Below, one piece after another: positions 45,731-57,078 of a stretch of DNA of 64,000 nucleotides; position 1 is the stretch's first letter; every line of letters starts with the position of its first letter. The notes below the pieces were generated by a model. It was not told the origin of the DNA. It saw nothing but the letters and a program-made list of their open reading frames with translations, and did not search any database. Origin of the DNA: an uncultured Clostridium sp. (GTDB taxonomy: Bacteria; Bacillota; Clostridia; TANB77; CAG-508); assembly GCA_948434985.1 (NCBI GenBank), contig CAOJFV010000002.1, forward strand, positions 17,873 to 81,872, written 5' to 3'. A program made the position numbers and the translations under genes.

Positions 45731-46798
45731 TTACAAAATTTTTCCTCCACCTACTACTATATCTCCTTTATAAAACACGACTGATTGTCCTTTAGTTATA
45801 GCTCTTTGTGGATTTTCAAATTCTACCTTTATTTTATCTTTTTCTATAGGTATAATTTTTGCTTCCGCTTCTTTTGCTCTATATCTTATTTTAGCTGTTA
45901 CTTTCATTTCTTGTTCTAATTCTTCAAATAGTAAGAAATTTAGTTCATTTGCATATAATTCTTTCTTATATAATTCTTCTTCAGTTCCTACTATTACTTG
46001 GTTCTCTTTTTCTTTTAAATCAACAACATATAATGGTTCTTTATATGAAATCCCTAATCCCTTTCTTTGACCTATTGTATAATATATCAAACCATTATGT
46101 TTTCCTACTATTTCTCCATTTTTAGTTACTATGTTTCCTTTCTTTGGAGCATTTTTCATATTTTGTATTAAAAAATCTGTATATTTATTATTAGGTATAA
46201 AACATACTTCTTGACTATCTGGCTTTTTAGCTACTAGCAAGCCATGTTTTTCTGCAATGCTTCTAACTTCTTGTTTATCAGTATAATTTTCTAAAGGAAA
46301 TAGCATTTTAGGTATTACCTCTTTTGGTATTCCATATAAAAAGTAAGTTTGGTCTTTTGCTACTTCATTTGATTTTTTTAAAACATATTGATTACATTCT
46401 TCATCAAACTCTGTTTTCGCATAATGACCTGTTGATATATAATCACATCCTAATTCCATTGCTTTTTTATAGAATAGATCAAATTTTATGTGTTTATTAC
46501 ATTCAATACATGGGTTTGGAGTTTTGGTACATCCATAACATTTTATGAAATCATCTATTACATATTTCTTGAATTCTTCTTTATAGTTTAATGTATAGTG
46601 TGGAATTCCTAATTTATCACATACTCTTTTTGCATCATAAACAGCACTTAAAGAACAGCATCCACTTTCTACATTAGCTGTTTCATCTTGCCACAATTCC
46701 ATTGTAGCTCCTATTACTTCATAGCCTGATTCTTTTAATAAGATTGCAGATACAGAACTATCTACTCCTCCACTCATTCCTAATAATACTTTTTTCAT
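45731..46798 (-). CDS. mnmA: tRNA-specific 2-thiouridylase MnmA
   Basis: PP-loop SGGVDSS; 355 aa. Confidence 0.9.
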   Translation of the reverse strand: MKKVLLGMSGGVDSSVSAILLKESGYEVIGATMELWQDETANVESGCCSLSAVYDAKRVCDKLGIPHYTLNYKEEFKKYVIDDFIKCYGCTKTPNPCIECNKHIKFDLFYKKAMELGCDYISTGHYAKTEFDEECNQYVLKKSNEVAKDQTYFLYGIPKEVIPKMLFPLENYTDKQEVRSIAEKHGLLVAKKPDSQEVCFIPNNKYTDFLIQNMKNAPKKGNIVTKNGEIVGKHNGLIYYTIGQRKGLGISYKEPLYVVDLKEKENQVIVGTEEELYKKELYANELNFLLFEELEQEMKVTAKIRYRAKEAEAKIIPIEKDKIKVEFENPQRAITKGQSVVFYKGDIVVGGGKIL

Positions 46799-46838
46799 TT
46801 TATTTTCATTCCTTTAAAAAACATTGCTTTATTTTATC

Positions 46839-47726
46839 CTAATTTATTTTACTTAATAGTTCTTCTAATTCTTCCTTACTGAAATTATATTCTTTATTGC
46901 AGAAATGACATACTGTATTAATGTTCCTTTCAGTATTTATAATATCTTGTAGCTCTTTTTTTCCTATTGCAATTAATCCTCTTTCTATCTTTTCTTTACT
47001 ACAGTCACATTCATAAACAGGTACTATATTATCCTCTATTATTTTAACATTTACATCTCCTGTAATATCTTTTGCAATTTCTTCTAGAGTCATATTTTCA
47101 TCTAACATTTTGCTTATAGGTTTTGCCTCTTTTATTCTGTTTTCTAAAATGAATAAATCATCTTCTGTAGCATCTGGCATTGGTGTTACAACATATCCTC
47201 CACTTGATTTTACCCCTTTACTATCTACCAAAACTCCTAATGCAACTGCTGTATTTGTTTGTTCAGATGTAGCAAAATAATTTGTAAAATCTTCCGCAAT
47301 TTCACCTGTCACTAGTGGAACCATTCCTATATATGGGTCTTTTAGCCCTATATCTTTTATTATATTTAAATATCCCTCTTTACCTACTGCTCCCCCAACA
47401 TCTAATTTTCCATTTAAATTTAGTGGAATATCTACTAATGGATTTTGTACATATCCTTTTAGTTTTGGTGAATTACTTGCTACAACTACAATTCCTCCAA
47501 GTGGTCCATTTCCTTTTATTTGTATAGTTAGCTTATCTTCTTCATTTTTCATATTACTTGCCATTATACTAGCAATAGTTAAAGTCCTTCCAAGTGCTGC
47601 TGTTGCTACTGGGCTTAAATCATGTGTCATTCTTGCTTTTTCTACCAAATATGTAGTATTAGCACATATTATACTTACTCTTCCATCATATGCTAAAAAT
47701 TTTATAATTTTATCTTTATTTTCCAT
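46839..47726 (-). CDS. hslO: 33 kDa chaperonin Hsp33 (redox-regulated)
   Basis: C-terminal zinc centre CDCS...CHFC; 295 aa. Confidence 0.85.
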   Translation of the reverse strand: MENKDKIIKFLAYDGRVSIICANTTYLVEKARMTHDLSPVATAALGRTLTIASIMASNMKNEEDKLTIQIKGNGPLGGIVVVASNSPKLKGYVQNPLVDIPLNLNGKLDVGGAVGKEGYLNIIKDIGLKDPYIGMVPLVTGEIAEDFTNYFATSEQTNTAVALGVLVDSKGVKSSGGYVVTPMPDATEDDLFILENRIKEAKPISKMLDENMTLEEIAKDITGDVNVKIIEDNIVPVYECDCSKEKIERGLIAIGKKELQDIINTERNINTVCHFCNKEYNFSKEELEELLSKIN

Positions 47727-47804
47727 TTGTATCTCCTATAAATAATTTGATAGTGCTAATTATACCATATATAGCAAAAAAAGAAAAGGTATATACCTTT
47801 TCTT

Positions 47805-49043
47805 TTATTCTTCTTCAAACATATCTTTTCCTACTCCACATAATGGACATACCCATGTATCTGGTAATTCTTCAAATGGTGTTCCTGGTGCTATTCCATT
47901 ATCTGGATCTCCAATTTCTGGATTATATTCATATCCACAAGCTAAACATTTATACATTTCATTTCCTCCTCTCAACTTAAATATATTTTTATATCCTAGC
48001 GCAATTACTGCAACTACAATTAACGCAAATGATAGTGCTTTCCATATTCCGCTTTCTAATAATACTATTGCAAACATTCCAAATGTAGCACTAATTCCAT
48101 ATAATATTAAAACTGCCTCTTTTTGTGTAAATCCTTTTTTTAGCATTTTATGGTGTAAATGTCCTTTATCTGGCATTACTACTGCTTTTAAAGATTTTCC
48201 TTTTATTAGTCTTCTAATAATTGCAAACAGTGTATCAAACACTGGAAGTGCAAGTACTATTAGCGGTGCTACTATTACTATTAAAGTATATGTTTTTGCA
48301 ATTCCTAATATTGATATTACAGCTAATGAATAACCTAAAAAATTAGACCCTGTATCTCCTATAAAGGTTTTTGCAGGATTAAAGTTAAATGGTAAAAATC
48401 CTGTTAATGCTCCTGCAAGTGCTGTTATCATAATAATTGCAATTAGTGGTGAACCATTTAGTGAAAATATAATTATTAATGATAAACATGATATTAATGA
48501 TATTCCTGAAGATAGCCCATCTAATCCATCTATTAAGTTAATTGCATTCGTAATCCCTACTATCCAACCAAGTGTTAACATCGTAGAAAATACTTTGTTT
48601 AATTCCATTAGCTCATCTGTCTCTAAAAATGGTATACTTATATGTTCTATTATTATGCCACTTTTTATTACTAAAATTGCCGCAATTATTTGACCTGCAA
48701 GTTTTACAAGTGGTGAAATTCCTTTTAAATCATCTATAAAACATACTATTATTATAACCAATGCTCCAAGAAAAAATCCAACTAATTTCAAATAGTACTG
48801 TTCTTCTCCTAAATTAATTGACCCTTCTATCCCCATAATTGTAAGTAAATATATTATAGATACTAGAAATCCTGCAATAACAGCAAGACCTCCTAAACGT
48901 GGCATTACTTTTTTATTTATTCTTCTTTCATCTTTTGGTGAATCAACTGCACCTACTTTTTTTGCTAGTTTAATAGTATATGGTGTGATAACAAATGCTG
49001 TAATAAATGCAAGTAAAAATGCAATTGCTATGTCTCCCCACAT
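47805..49043 (-). CDS. Glycosyltransferase family 4 (WecA/TagO/MraY-like phospho-sugar transferase) with C-terminal rubredoxin domain
   Basis: Multi-TM transferase with DDLKG and [12 protein letters not shown] motifs. C-terminal [13 protein letters not shown]...[15 protein letters not shown] is a rubredoxin fold (CxxCG...CPxCG). Confidence 0.7.
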   Translation of the reverse strand: MWGDIAIAFLLAFITAFVITPYTIKLAKKVGAVDSPKDERRINKKVMPRLGGLAVIAGFLVSIIYLLTIMGIEGSINLGEEQYYLKLVGFFLGALVIIIVCFIDDLKGISPLVKLAGQIIAAILVIKSGIIIEHISIPFLETDELMELNKVFSTMLTLGWIVGITNAINLIDGLDGLSSGISLISCLSLIIIFSLNGSPLIAIIMITALAGALTGFLPFNFNPAKTFIGDTGSNFLGYSLAVISILGIAKTYTLIVIVAPLIVLALPVFDTLFAIIRRLIKGKSLKAVVMPDKGHLHHKMLKKGFTQKEAVLILYGISATFGMFAIVLLESGIWKALSFALIVVAVIALGYKNIFKLRGGNEMYKCLACGYEYNPEIGDPDNGIAPGTPFEELPDTWVCPLCGVGKDMFEEE

Positions 49044-49155
49044 AAGTAGACCTCCTACTATATCTTTAATTTTATATTTACAAATATATCACAATAAGAT
49101 GTATATTACAACATTTTTTTAATATATATGTAATATATTATGGAGGTTGTTTAAA

Positions 49156-50345
49156 ATGAAGTCGCACTTTTTCGTTTTATCTATAAAGAAACATATATTG
49201 CCAAGCTTATTTATACTTTTTACAATATGTTTAGTAATCTTTTCTAAAGAAAATTTGTCTGCAACAAAAAATGGATTACTATTATGGGCAAATTCTGTTG
49301 TCCCTGCTCTTTTACCATTTTTTATAGCTACTGAATTATTAAGTCATACTGAAGTAGTAAATTTTATTGGTAAGTTATTAAATAAATATATGAAACCTAT
49401 TTTTAATGTACCTCGGTATTGGTGCTTATGCTTTTATTATGGGAATTATAAGTGGCTATCCAGTTGGTGCAAAAATTGTTACAGAGTTTAGAAAAAATGG
49501 CAATTGCTCAAGAGCTGAAGCTGAAAGATTACTTGCTTTTACTAATAATTCTGGACCACTTTTTATTATTGGTACTGTTGGTGTTAGTATGTTTGGTAAT
49601 ACTTTGATACGGATTATTATTATTTATAACTCATATATTATCTTGTATTATAGTTGGCTTTTTATTTAGATTTTGGAAATATAATGATAGAGAATTGGTA
49701 TCATCAAAAAAATCTTCAGTATCTTCAAAAACTGCTGTAACATTTTCAAATTTAGGAGAAGTGTTATCTACTAGTATTATGAATTCAGTTAATACTATTG
49801 TTATGATTGGTGGATTTGTAATTCTATTTTCTGTAATAATATCAATTTTAAATAATTCTGGATTATTAGATATAGTTTGCAAAATGTTTTATCCAATTTT
49901 TAATTTGTTAAATATTGATATAAATTTTATTAAACCTATTATTTCAGGATTCGTAGAACTTACAAATGGATTAAATAATCTTTCTTGTATTAATACTAAA
50001 TCTTTTTCTACTTTAATTACTTTTGCAAGTTTTATTTTAGGATTTGGTGGTATAAGTGTGTGCCTTCAAGTTTTAAGTATCACTTCAAAATCAGATATTT
50101 CAATAAGTGCTTATATTATAGGAAAATTATTACAAGGTACAATTGCAGCCATTTTAACATATGTTATTATTCACATTTTCCCAATATTTAATCTGGATTT
50201 AGTACCAATTTTTTCTCAGAATGTGAATAAATTGCCTGCATTTACTGCATATATTAATCCTTATAATATAGTGATTTTACTTTTAATTATTAGTACTGCT
50301 ACTTTTATTTTATTTAATAGAAAAAAATATAAACTTTATAAATGA
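49156..50345 (+). CDS. YlbJ/SpmA-SpmB-like nucleoside-recognition-domain membrane protein; frame interrupted twice at in-frame CGG codons
   Basis: Three consecutive ORFs (49147.., 49406.., 49695..). CCT CGG TAT (49414-49416) gives ...NVPGIGAYAFIMG... and ATA CGG ATT (49610-49612) gives ...TLIGLLLLFITHIL..., so one continuous membrane protein. The real start is the ATG at 49156 (GGAGG 9 nt upstream). Confidence 0.6.
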
Positions 50346-50427
50346 TAAAATTATCATATGTACTTTGATTTTGAATATAAGTATAAAGAACTATTATTAA
50401 TTTTTATATAAGATTGGAGTGTTTATA

Positions 50428-50646
50428 ATGGATAGAAATATGGATTTTGGTGGTTACGATAATATGAATTTTGACCCTAATATGGTAAACGATAATATGT
50501 ATAGGGATCCTATGTTTAACCCTATGTTACAATATGAACAAGCGTATATGTACTATAGATATTTGTCTCAACAAATGGAATATAAGATAAGGTGTAAAGA
50601 ATATGATAAGCTTTGTGGCAAAGAAAAAGAAAGAAGAATTGAGTAA
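50428..50646 (+). CDS. Hypothetical Tyr/Met-rich small protein
   Basis: ORF with RBS GGAG 9 nt upstream; low-complexity, spore-coat-like composition. Confidence 0.3.
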   Translation: MDRNMDFGGYDNMNFDPNMVNDNMYRDPMFNPMLQYEQAYMYYRYLSQQMEYKIRCKEYDKLCGKEKERRIE

Positions 50647-50895
50647 TTCTTCTTTCTTTATTTAACAATTACATTATTTCCAAAAAATTGTCTTGATTTT
50701 TTATATATTTTGTTAAAATATCTATAATTTATAATCTTTCAACTTTGGTTTTACATTATGATTTTTTATTCTAATTTCAAACAATTATATATTTTCATTT
50801 TATATTTATTATCATATAAATTACATCTAGATATTCATAGAAAAATTGTATTTACTTATTATTTTATAAATGATATAATTAGAAAGGTGACTATT

Positions 50896-51153
50896 TTGCC
50901 AACTATAAGTATGTTTTATGGCATTATAATTCGTATGTTCTATGATGACCATAATCCACCACATTTTCATGTTGACTATGGAGATTATTCTGCTATGTTC
51001 GATTTTGATGGTATTTTAATTCAAGGAACTATTTCAAAACGTCAGCAAAAATTAATTGAAGCTTGGGCTGTATTACATAAGGATGAATTAGTAGCTAATT
51101 GGAAATTATCAAAAAATAATGAAACACTATTTTATATAAATCCATTAACTTAA
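50896..51153 (+). CDS. DUF4160 domain protein
   Basis: TTG start with RBS GAAAGGTGA. ...MFYGIIIRMFYDDHNPPHFHVDYG... is the DUF4160 signature. Confidence 0.6.
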   Translation: MPTISMFYGIIIRMFYDDHNPPHFHVDYGDYSAMFDFDGILIQGTISKRQQKLIEAWAVLHKDELVANWKLSKNNETLFYINPLT

Positions 51154-51166
51154 GGGGGGGCTTAAT

Positions 51167-51400
51167 TTGAAAAAAATTATTAATGTAGAACCATTGGAAG
51201 ATTATAAATTATTATTAACTTTTGATGATAATATAAAAAAAATAAAAGATATGAAACCATATCTTGATAAAGGTGTATTTAAAGCTTTACGTGATAGAAA
51301 TGTGTTTAATAATGTCAAAATAGTTCTAGGAACTATTGCTTGGGGAGATATCGATATGTGTCCTGATTCTTTGTATGAATCTAGTAAAACAATAGAATAG
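51167..51400 (+). CDS. DUF2442 domain protein (partner of DUF4160)
   Basis: TTG start after a GGGGGGG RBS, 14 nt downstream of the DUF4160 stop. Size and sequence fit DUF2442. Confidence 0.5.
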   Translation: MKKIINVEPLEDYKLLLTFDDNIKKIKDMKPYLDKGVFKALRDRNVFNNVKIVLGTIAWGDIDMCPDSLYESSKTIE

Positions 51401-51432
51401 AAATGAACAAGATATCATATCTTGTTCATTTT

Positions 51433-52303
51433 TTATCTTATTTCCTCTTCATCTCCCATATGTTCCTCTTTTATATCTCTTTGTAATTCAGCTGTAAGTC
51501 TTGTTCTAAAATCTTCTAACATTTCTGTAAGAGTATCTAATATTGATAAATCTAAATCATAATTACTTGCAATTTCTTCATTTTTACTTGCTAAAATTCT
51601 TGCCATTCTTGCTTTTATTGATATATTAAATTTTATAACTTTAAACATAGAAATTCTATTTTTTATACGTTCTTCAAGCTGTATACTGTCTATCTGTGAA
51701 AAAGTACTTTCTAATCCGCCTTCCATATGATTTTTGTATTCTGTTTAGTACTTCTTCTAATGCTATAATCTGATATCGTATATTGGCATATTGTTCATCT
51801 GAATTTTGAGCAATAATTTCAAATTTACAAGCATTTATTTTTAATTCAGTTCTAATTGTTTCTATTTTTTCTTGTATTAAATTCACATTATTTATTTCTG
51901 TGATTCTTGTATATTTCTTGTTGTTTTCACCTGTTGTCGTTTTCTTCAAGCTTCGTTTTGAAAAGACTCTTTTGACTTTATCTCCAAATTTTTCTTTTTC
52001 TTGCTCTGTGTTCTCGTCTATTGTTAATATTAACTCTTCTTGCATATCTTTTATTCTTGTAGAATGAATATTTAATAATCCTATCATCAAGTCTATTTCT
52101 CTATTAATTTCACCTATTTCACTGTCACAAAACCCATTAATTGTTTGCGGTAATTTTAAATTTATCTGTCCAATATAATTATCAACTATTATTATATCTT
52201 CTTCTGATAATTCTGAATATCTTGGTATTCCTATAGACAGCTCATTATCTTCTTGTATATCTTGTTTTCTTTCTTTATCCATCTCTTTCATTTTCCTCTT
52301 CAC
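51433..52303 (-). CDS. Hypothetical protein (~290 aa); frame interrupted at an in-frame CGG; second gene of a two-gene operon
   Basis: ORFs 51674..52303 and 51433..51726 fuse when the C of AGG CGG ATT (plus 51716-51718) is skipped: ...RIQKSYGRGLESTFSQIDSIQLEER... Its start overlaps the upstream gene's stop (ATGA). Confidence 0.5.
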
Positions 52304-54161
52304 GTTTTATAATTCTATCCATTTCTTGTTTTGACATCATTTGTACCTTTTCATAATCTATTGGTAAATCTGAAATATTTGCTAAATTTATACATATATT
52401 AAATGTTGCGCCTGAAGAATATCTATAAGAGCTATAGTTTCTAAATACTTCTATTCCCAATCCCTTAAAATCCATTTTATATTTTTCCCATAAAGGTCCT
52501 GTATAACTTCTACAATAATATCTACTTTCATATTTTGAACCATATGCAAAGCTATGACTCACTTCAACGTCCTCATATCCTTCTTCTATTGGAATTGGTG
52601 CTGACTCTAATGCCATTATTCTTCCCCAATACCTATTTGGCTCTCTCATATCTTCTAACGGTAATTCCCACTCATTATATTCAATATCTAATAATAAATA
52701 TATTCTTTTTATTTCCATTAATATTTCCTTATTTTCTTCTAATGAAAGTCTTTTACCTTTTAATCCTTCAAAATGCTTTATCCTTTTCTCTAGTTGTTCT
52801 ATTTTTTCCTCATTTCTTCTTTCTGTATTGCTTTCTTTATTTATCATATCTTGTATTAATAATATAATCATATCAATATTAGTAGTAATTATACCCGTTT
52901 TTTTGATTTGTTCTACTTTGGTATCTAAATAATTTGGGTTATTTGAATACTGCTTATTTTTTCTTTTTCCATGTTGGGCATTAAACAATTCTAAATCAAT
53001 AATTTCTCCTTTTAAATCTTCTATAGAATATTCTTTTTCTTCGTAATCAAAATCATATGCTAATCCCGTAAGAGATAATTTACAGAATCCTTCTTCTTTT
53101 TTTGTTTCATTTTTTTCATTTATCATTTGCTTAAATCTTTCTGAATTATGTACTTTATCAAAAATCATTTTTACACATTTTTGTCCTATACCTATCATTA
53201 TTGGCCTGCATTCAAATCCAAATTTTTGATATATTCTTTCACATTCTATAATACTAATATCCTCATCAGTTATTAAGTTCCTTAATACTGCATATAAAAT
53301 CGAAAAATTTACTTTATTCGTTTTTAGTGTAGCACCTTCTCTTATTTTAAAATCATCCCAAACAATTTTTTTCCATTGTTCAGATGTTAGATATACTTCT
53401 TTTTCAAATGGGTTATTTCCTATATTACATAAATGCGCATTAAAAATTGGAGCTCTTACCAAATTTATATAATTGAATGGATTTTTATCCATATCCATTA
53501 CAATTAATCTTTCTAATAATTTGCCATTGCTTAATATTTCTTTTGGTTCTATTTTTAATATCTGGTCATTTTTTCCTTTTGGATCATATAGCGACTTAAT
53601 TTTCTCCTTTAGCATTTCAATGAAAATATTTTTTTCTCTTTCATTTTCATATTGTATTAAATTACTATCTTTTCCACCGTTTTGATAAACTAGTTCTTCT
53701 ACTTGTTTTCTATATAAAACATCAAATTTAAACTTAGTAATTTTATCTTGTAATTCACAATCTGACCCATATAGTTTTGTTAATTCTTCTAATGTTTCTA
53801 TACTTTGTAAGATATACTCTAATCCTTGAAAATTCTGATAACTTTCTGAGTTTTCTAATTTTTCTATATATGCTAATATAATGTCCTTATATTGTAATCT
53901 TGTTTTATATATATACTCATCTAACTGTAACTCTATTTTTGATATTTCTTTTATAATAATATTTTCTAATTCAGAATATTTATCATATACCTCTTCTTGT
54001 ATTATTACATTATATCCTTCTATATATTTTTCTTTTATGTATGTTATATTTTTAGCTTCTTTACAATTCAAACCATATAACATTTTAAATAACTTAGTTA
54101 GTTTATTTATTCTTTGCAACATTACTTTAAATTTTAATTCTATATTTTTTTCTGATAACAC
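52275..54161 (-). CDS. Hypothetical large protein (~628 aa), first gene of a two-gene operon
   Basis: The start is probably the GTG at 54161 (RBS AAGGAG 7 nt upstream) rather than the ATG at 54182, which lies inside the RBS. No recognisable motifs. Confidence 0.5.
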   Translation of the reverse strand: MLSEKNIELKFKVMLQRINKLTKLFKMLYGLNCKEAKNITYIKEKYIEGYNVIIQEEVYDKYSELENIIIKEISKIELQLDEYIYKTRLQYKDIILAYIEKLENSESYQNFQGLEYILQSIETLEELTKLYGSDCELQDKITKFKFDVLYRKQVEELVYQNGGKDSNLIQYENEREKNIFIEMLKEKIKSLYDPKGKNDQILKIEPKEILSNGKLLERLIVMDMDKNPFNYINLVRAPIFNAHLCNIGNNPFEKEVYLTSEQWKKIVWDDFKIREGATLKTNKVNFSILYAVLRNLITDEDISIIECERIYQKFGFECRPIMIGIGQKCVKMIFDKVHNSERFKQMINEKNETKKEEGFCKLSLTGLAYDFDYEEKEYSIEDLKGEIIDLELFNAQHGKRKNKQYSNNPNYLDTKVEQIKKTGIITTNIDMIILLIQDMINKESNTERRNEEKIEQLEKRIKHFEGLKGKRLSLEENKEILMEIKRIYLLLDIEYNEWELPLEDMREPNRYWGRIMALESAPIPIEEGYEDVEVSHSFAYGSKYESRYYCRSYTGPLWEKYKMDFKGLGIEVFRNYSSYRYSSGATFNICINLANISDLPIDYEKVQMMSKQEMDRIIKREEENERDG

Positions 54162-54347
54162 AATATAACTCCTTCTAATCATTCTTTCAGCAATAGTATA
54201 TCACACTTTTACATAATTGTAAATGTTTTATGTATATTTAGTATGTAATATTAAAACAGTATTTCTTAATTTTTTATATACTCGGCACAAAACAGTTTAA
54301 AGAACAAAAGCGGATATCAAGAACATTGTAACTGTTTAAAACATTTA

Positions 54348-54410
54348 AAGTCCGCGTCTTTGTTCGCCCGCGAAAAATTGCTATGCAATTTTTCTGTGGA
54401 ATGTATTTAT
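54348..54410 (+). other. GC-rich structured ~65-nt motif, copy E2
   Basis: aaagtccgcgtctttgttcgcccgcg-aaaaattgc tat gcaattttt-ctgtggaatg; the hairpin arms covary with E1. Confidence 0.4.
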
Positions 54411-54486
54411 ATAATAGGAAGTTCGGAGAACTTTCCTATTATATAAAAAAAAGTGGTATTACTACCGCTTCTTTTTTATCTTATAT

Positions 54487-55792
54487 TTATTTAACAATAC
54501 CAATTATAGCTTTTGGTTCTTCTATCTTTTCTTTTGAAATTTTATATGTCTCTTTTAATTTATCTACAGCCTCATTTCCTAATTTTTCATTGTTTGCGTG
54601 TACATAACAAAGTACATCTCCTACTTTTACCTCATTTGATACCTTTTTACAAAGTACAATTCCAACACTTTCATCTATATTATCTTCTTTTCTTACTCTT
54701 CCTGCTCCAAGAAACCCTGATATAACTCCTACTTCTCTTGCATTTATTTTTTCTACATATCCATCTTTATCAGATATTACAGGAATTATAAATTTTGCTT
54801 TTTCAAATTTGTTTACATCTTCTAAATATGAAACATCTCCACCTTGATTTTTTACAAGTTCTTTAAATTTGTCATATGCTTTTCCATTTTGTATGTTTTC
54901 TAATATTTTTTGTTTATTTTCGTTAATATCATCACCAAGTCCTACAAGTTTTATCATATAGCTACCTAGCTCTAATACTACAGCTTTTATGTCTTCTTCC
55001 ATATCACCTTTAAGAGCTTTAATTGCTTCAATTACTTCTAGATTATTTCCAACGCTTTTTCCTAATGGCTCATCCATATTAGTTAGAACACATACTGTTT
55101 CTTTTCCTGCAAGTTTTCCAATTCTGTTCATAGTTTCAGATAGTTTTATAGCATCCTCTTTGTTTCCGCATAAACGCTCCAGACCCGCAAGTAACATCTA
55201 ATACTATTTTATTTGCTCCTGCTGCTATCTTTTTGCTCATAATACTAGATGCAATAAGAGGAATATTATCTGTACAAGAAATTGTATCACGTAAAGCATA
55301 TATTTTTTTATCTGCTGGCGCTAGATTTAAAGTTTGTCCAATTAAACTTATTCCAACACTTTTAACATTTTTTATAAACTGTTCAATTTCAACATTTGTA
55401 TTATATCCTGGAATTGATTCTAATTTATCTATTGTTCCTCCCGTGAAGCCAAGTCCACGCCCAGACATTTTTGCAACTGGTATACCAAATGAAGCAACAA
55501 TAGGAAGAAGAATTAAACTAACTTTATCTCCTACTCCTCCTGTTGAATGTTTATCTACAACATTTTTTCCAAATACTGATAAATCTAACATTTCACCAGA
55601 ATTTGCCATGCTTAATGTTAAGTTAGTAATTTCTTCGTCATTCATTCCATTTATATATATTGCCATAACTAATGCTGCTGCTTGATAATCTGTTACTTCG
55701 CCCTTTGTATATCCTTTAACAAAATATTCAATTTCTTCTTTACTTAGTTCTTTTTTATCTCTTTTTTTAGCTATAATTTCTAATATATTCAT
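54487..55792 (-). CDS. pdp: Pyrimidine-nucleoside phosphorylase; frame interrupted at an in-frame CGG
   Basis: N-terminal ORF 55136..55792 (HSTGGVGDK, SGRGLGFTGGTIDKLESIPG) and C-terminal ORF 54487..55197. ATG CGG AAA (plus 55166-55168): skipping the C gives ...DVTCGSGAFMGNKEDAIKLSETMNRIGK... Confidence 0.85.
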
Positions 55793-55852
55793 CTTTACCC
55801 CTTCCTTATTAACTAAATTAGTTAATATTTAATATTGGTAATCAGCACGAAT

Positions 55853-55920
55853 GTAGTAATATATTTATTTTGAAAAGCTTTGACAAGTGTCGAAGCTTTT
55901 CAAAATAAATATATTACTAC
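55853..55920. repeat. 28-bp perfect inverted repeat (long AT-rich palindrome)
   Basis: gtagtaatatatttattttgaaaagctt - tgacaagtgtcg - aagcttttcaaaataaatatattactac, between the rnhB stop and the pdp start. Confidence 0.7.
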
Positions 55921-55955
55921 ATAGGAGCGTACTGCAAAAGCAATATTTAAACATT

Positions 55956-56591
55956 TTATACAAAATTCTTAGTAAAACTTCTTCTATGTATTGGACATAA
56001 TCCGTATTCTTTTATCGCTTGTATATGAAATGCTGTTCCATAACCTTTATGTTTTTCAAATCCATACATTGGATATATTTCATCCCACTGTCTCATAATT
56101 CTATCCCTTGTTACTTTAGCAATTATAGACGCACATGATATTGAATAACAAAGTGCATCTCCTTTAATAATTGACTTATAAGGAATTCCTAAAGTATCTA
56201 TTTTATTTAGTGCATCTACTAAAATAAGGTTTGGTTTTGTATTAAGTTCTTGTAAAGATGTTGTTAATCCAAGTTTTGTTGCATTTAATATATTAAGCTC
56301 ATCAATTTGTTCGTGGTCTATAATTCCTACACCATAACTAATTGCTTCTTCTATTATTTTATCATATAGTTCTTCTCTTTTCTTTTCAGAAACTTTTTTA
56401 GAATCATTAACTCCTTCTATCATAGAATCTCTTGGCATTATAACACTTGCAATAACAACAGGACCCGCAAGTGGTCCTCTTCCTGCTTCATCAATTCCAC
56501 ATATATTGTTTATATCAGAATTGTTATTATATATTTCTTCTTCTATTTGTTTTAACTTTTGTAATCTTAATTCTTCTTTTTCTTTCATCAT
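55956..56591 (-). CDS. rnhB: Ribonuclease HII
   Basis: GIDEAGRGPLAGPVV active-site motif; 211 aa. Confidence 0.9.
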   Translation of the reverse strand: MMKEKEELRLQKLKQIEEEIYNNNSDINNICGIDEAGRGPLAGPVVIASVIMPRDSMIEGVNDSKKVSEKKREELYDKIIEEAISYGVGIIDHEQIDELNILNATKLGLTTSLQELNTKPNLILVDALNKIDTLGIPYKSIIKGDALCYSISCASIIAKVTRDRIMRQWDEIYPMYGFEKHKGYGTAFHIQAIKEYGLCPIHRRSFTKNFV

Positions 56592-56610
56592 TTATTCCTT
56601 CATCAAAAAA

Positions 56611-57078
56611 TTATTTTACAGTTACATTTTTCATATCAGTTAGCTTATGATAAGTTATTCCATCATTGTCATATCCCTTAACATATATAACTTCTTCTGT
56701 TTCATAATTAACTATATATCCATCTTCTATTTCAATTTTTTCTAATCCCATACTTACTAGATCATCTTTTGAAAGCAAGTAGTATTTACTTGTGTCTTCT
56801 ATAATTCCTATTTCTAGCAATTTATCTATTTTCTTATTACCTAAAACCTCACTTAAAACTGTTCCTTTATAGTTATCTTGGTTATTATTAAATTTAGCTT
56901 GTTCTGCTATAGTTTTGGTTTTTGCTTGAATTAGCATCATATTTGTATTTATTGTTTGAAGTGTTGCTTGTTTTATAACTGAAGTACCTATATATACTGT
57001 AGTTCCACCAATAATTAGTAATATTATAATTGTTATTATTAAAGATACTATTGTTATTCCTTTTTGATTTTTGTTCAT
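56611..57078 (-). CDS. Prepilin-type N-terminal domain protein (pilin/pseudopilin-like)
   Basis: N-terminus MNKNQKGITIVSLIITIIILLIIGG is a paralogue of the N-terminus at 10861. Confidence 0.5.
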   Translation of the reverse strand: MNKNQKGITIVSLIITIIILLIIGGTTVYIGTSVIKQATLQTINTNMMLIQAKTKTIAEQAKFNNNQDNYKGTVLSEVLGNKKIDKLLEIGIIEDTSKYYLLSKDDLVSMGLEKIEIEDGYIVNYETEEVIYVKGYDNDGITYHKLTDMKNVTVK

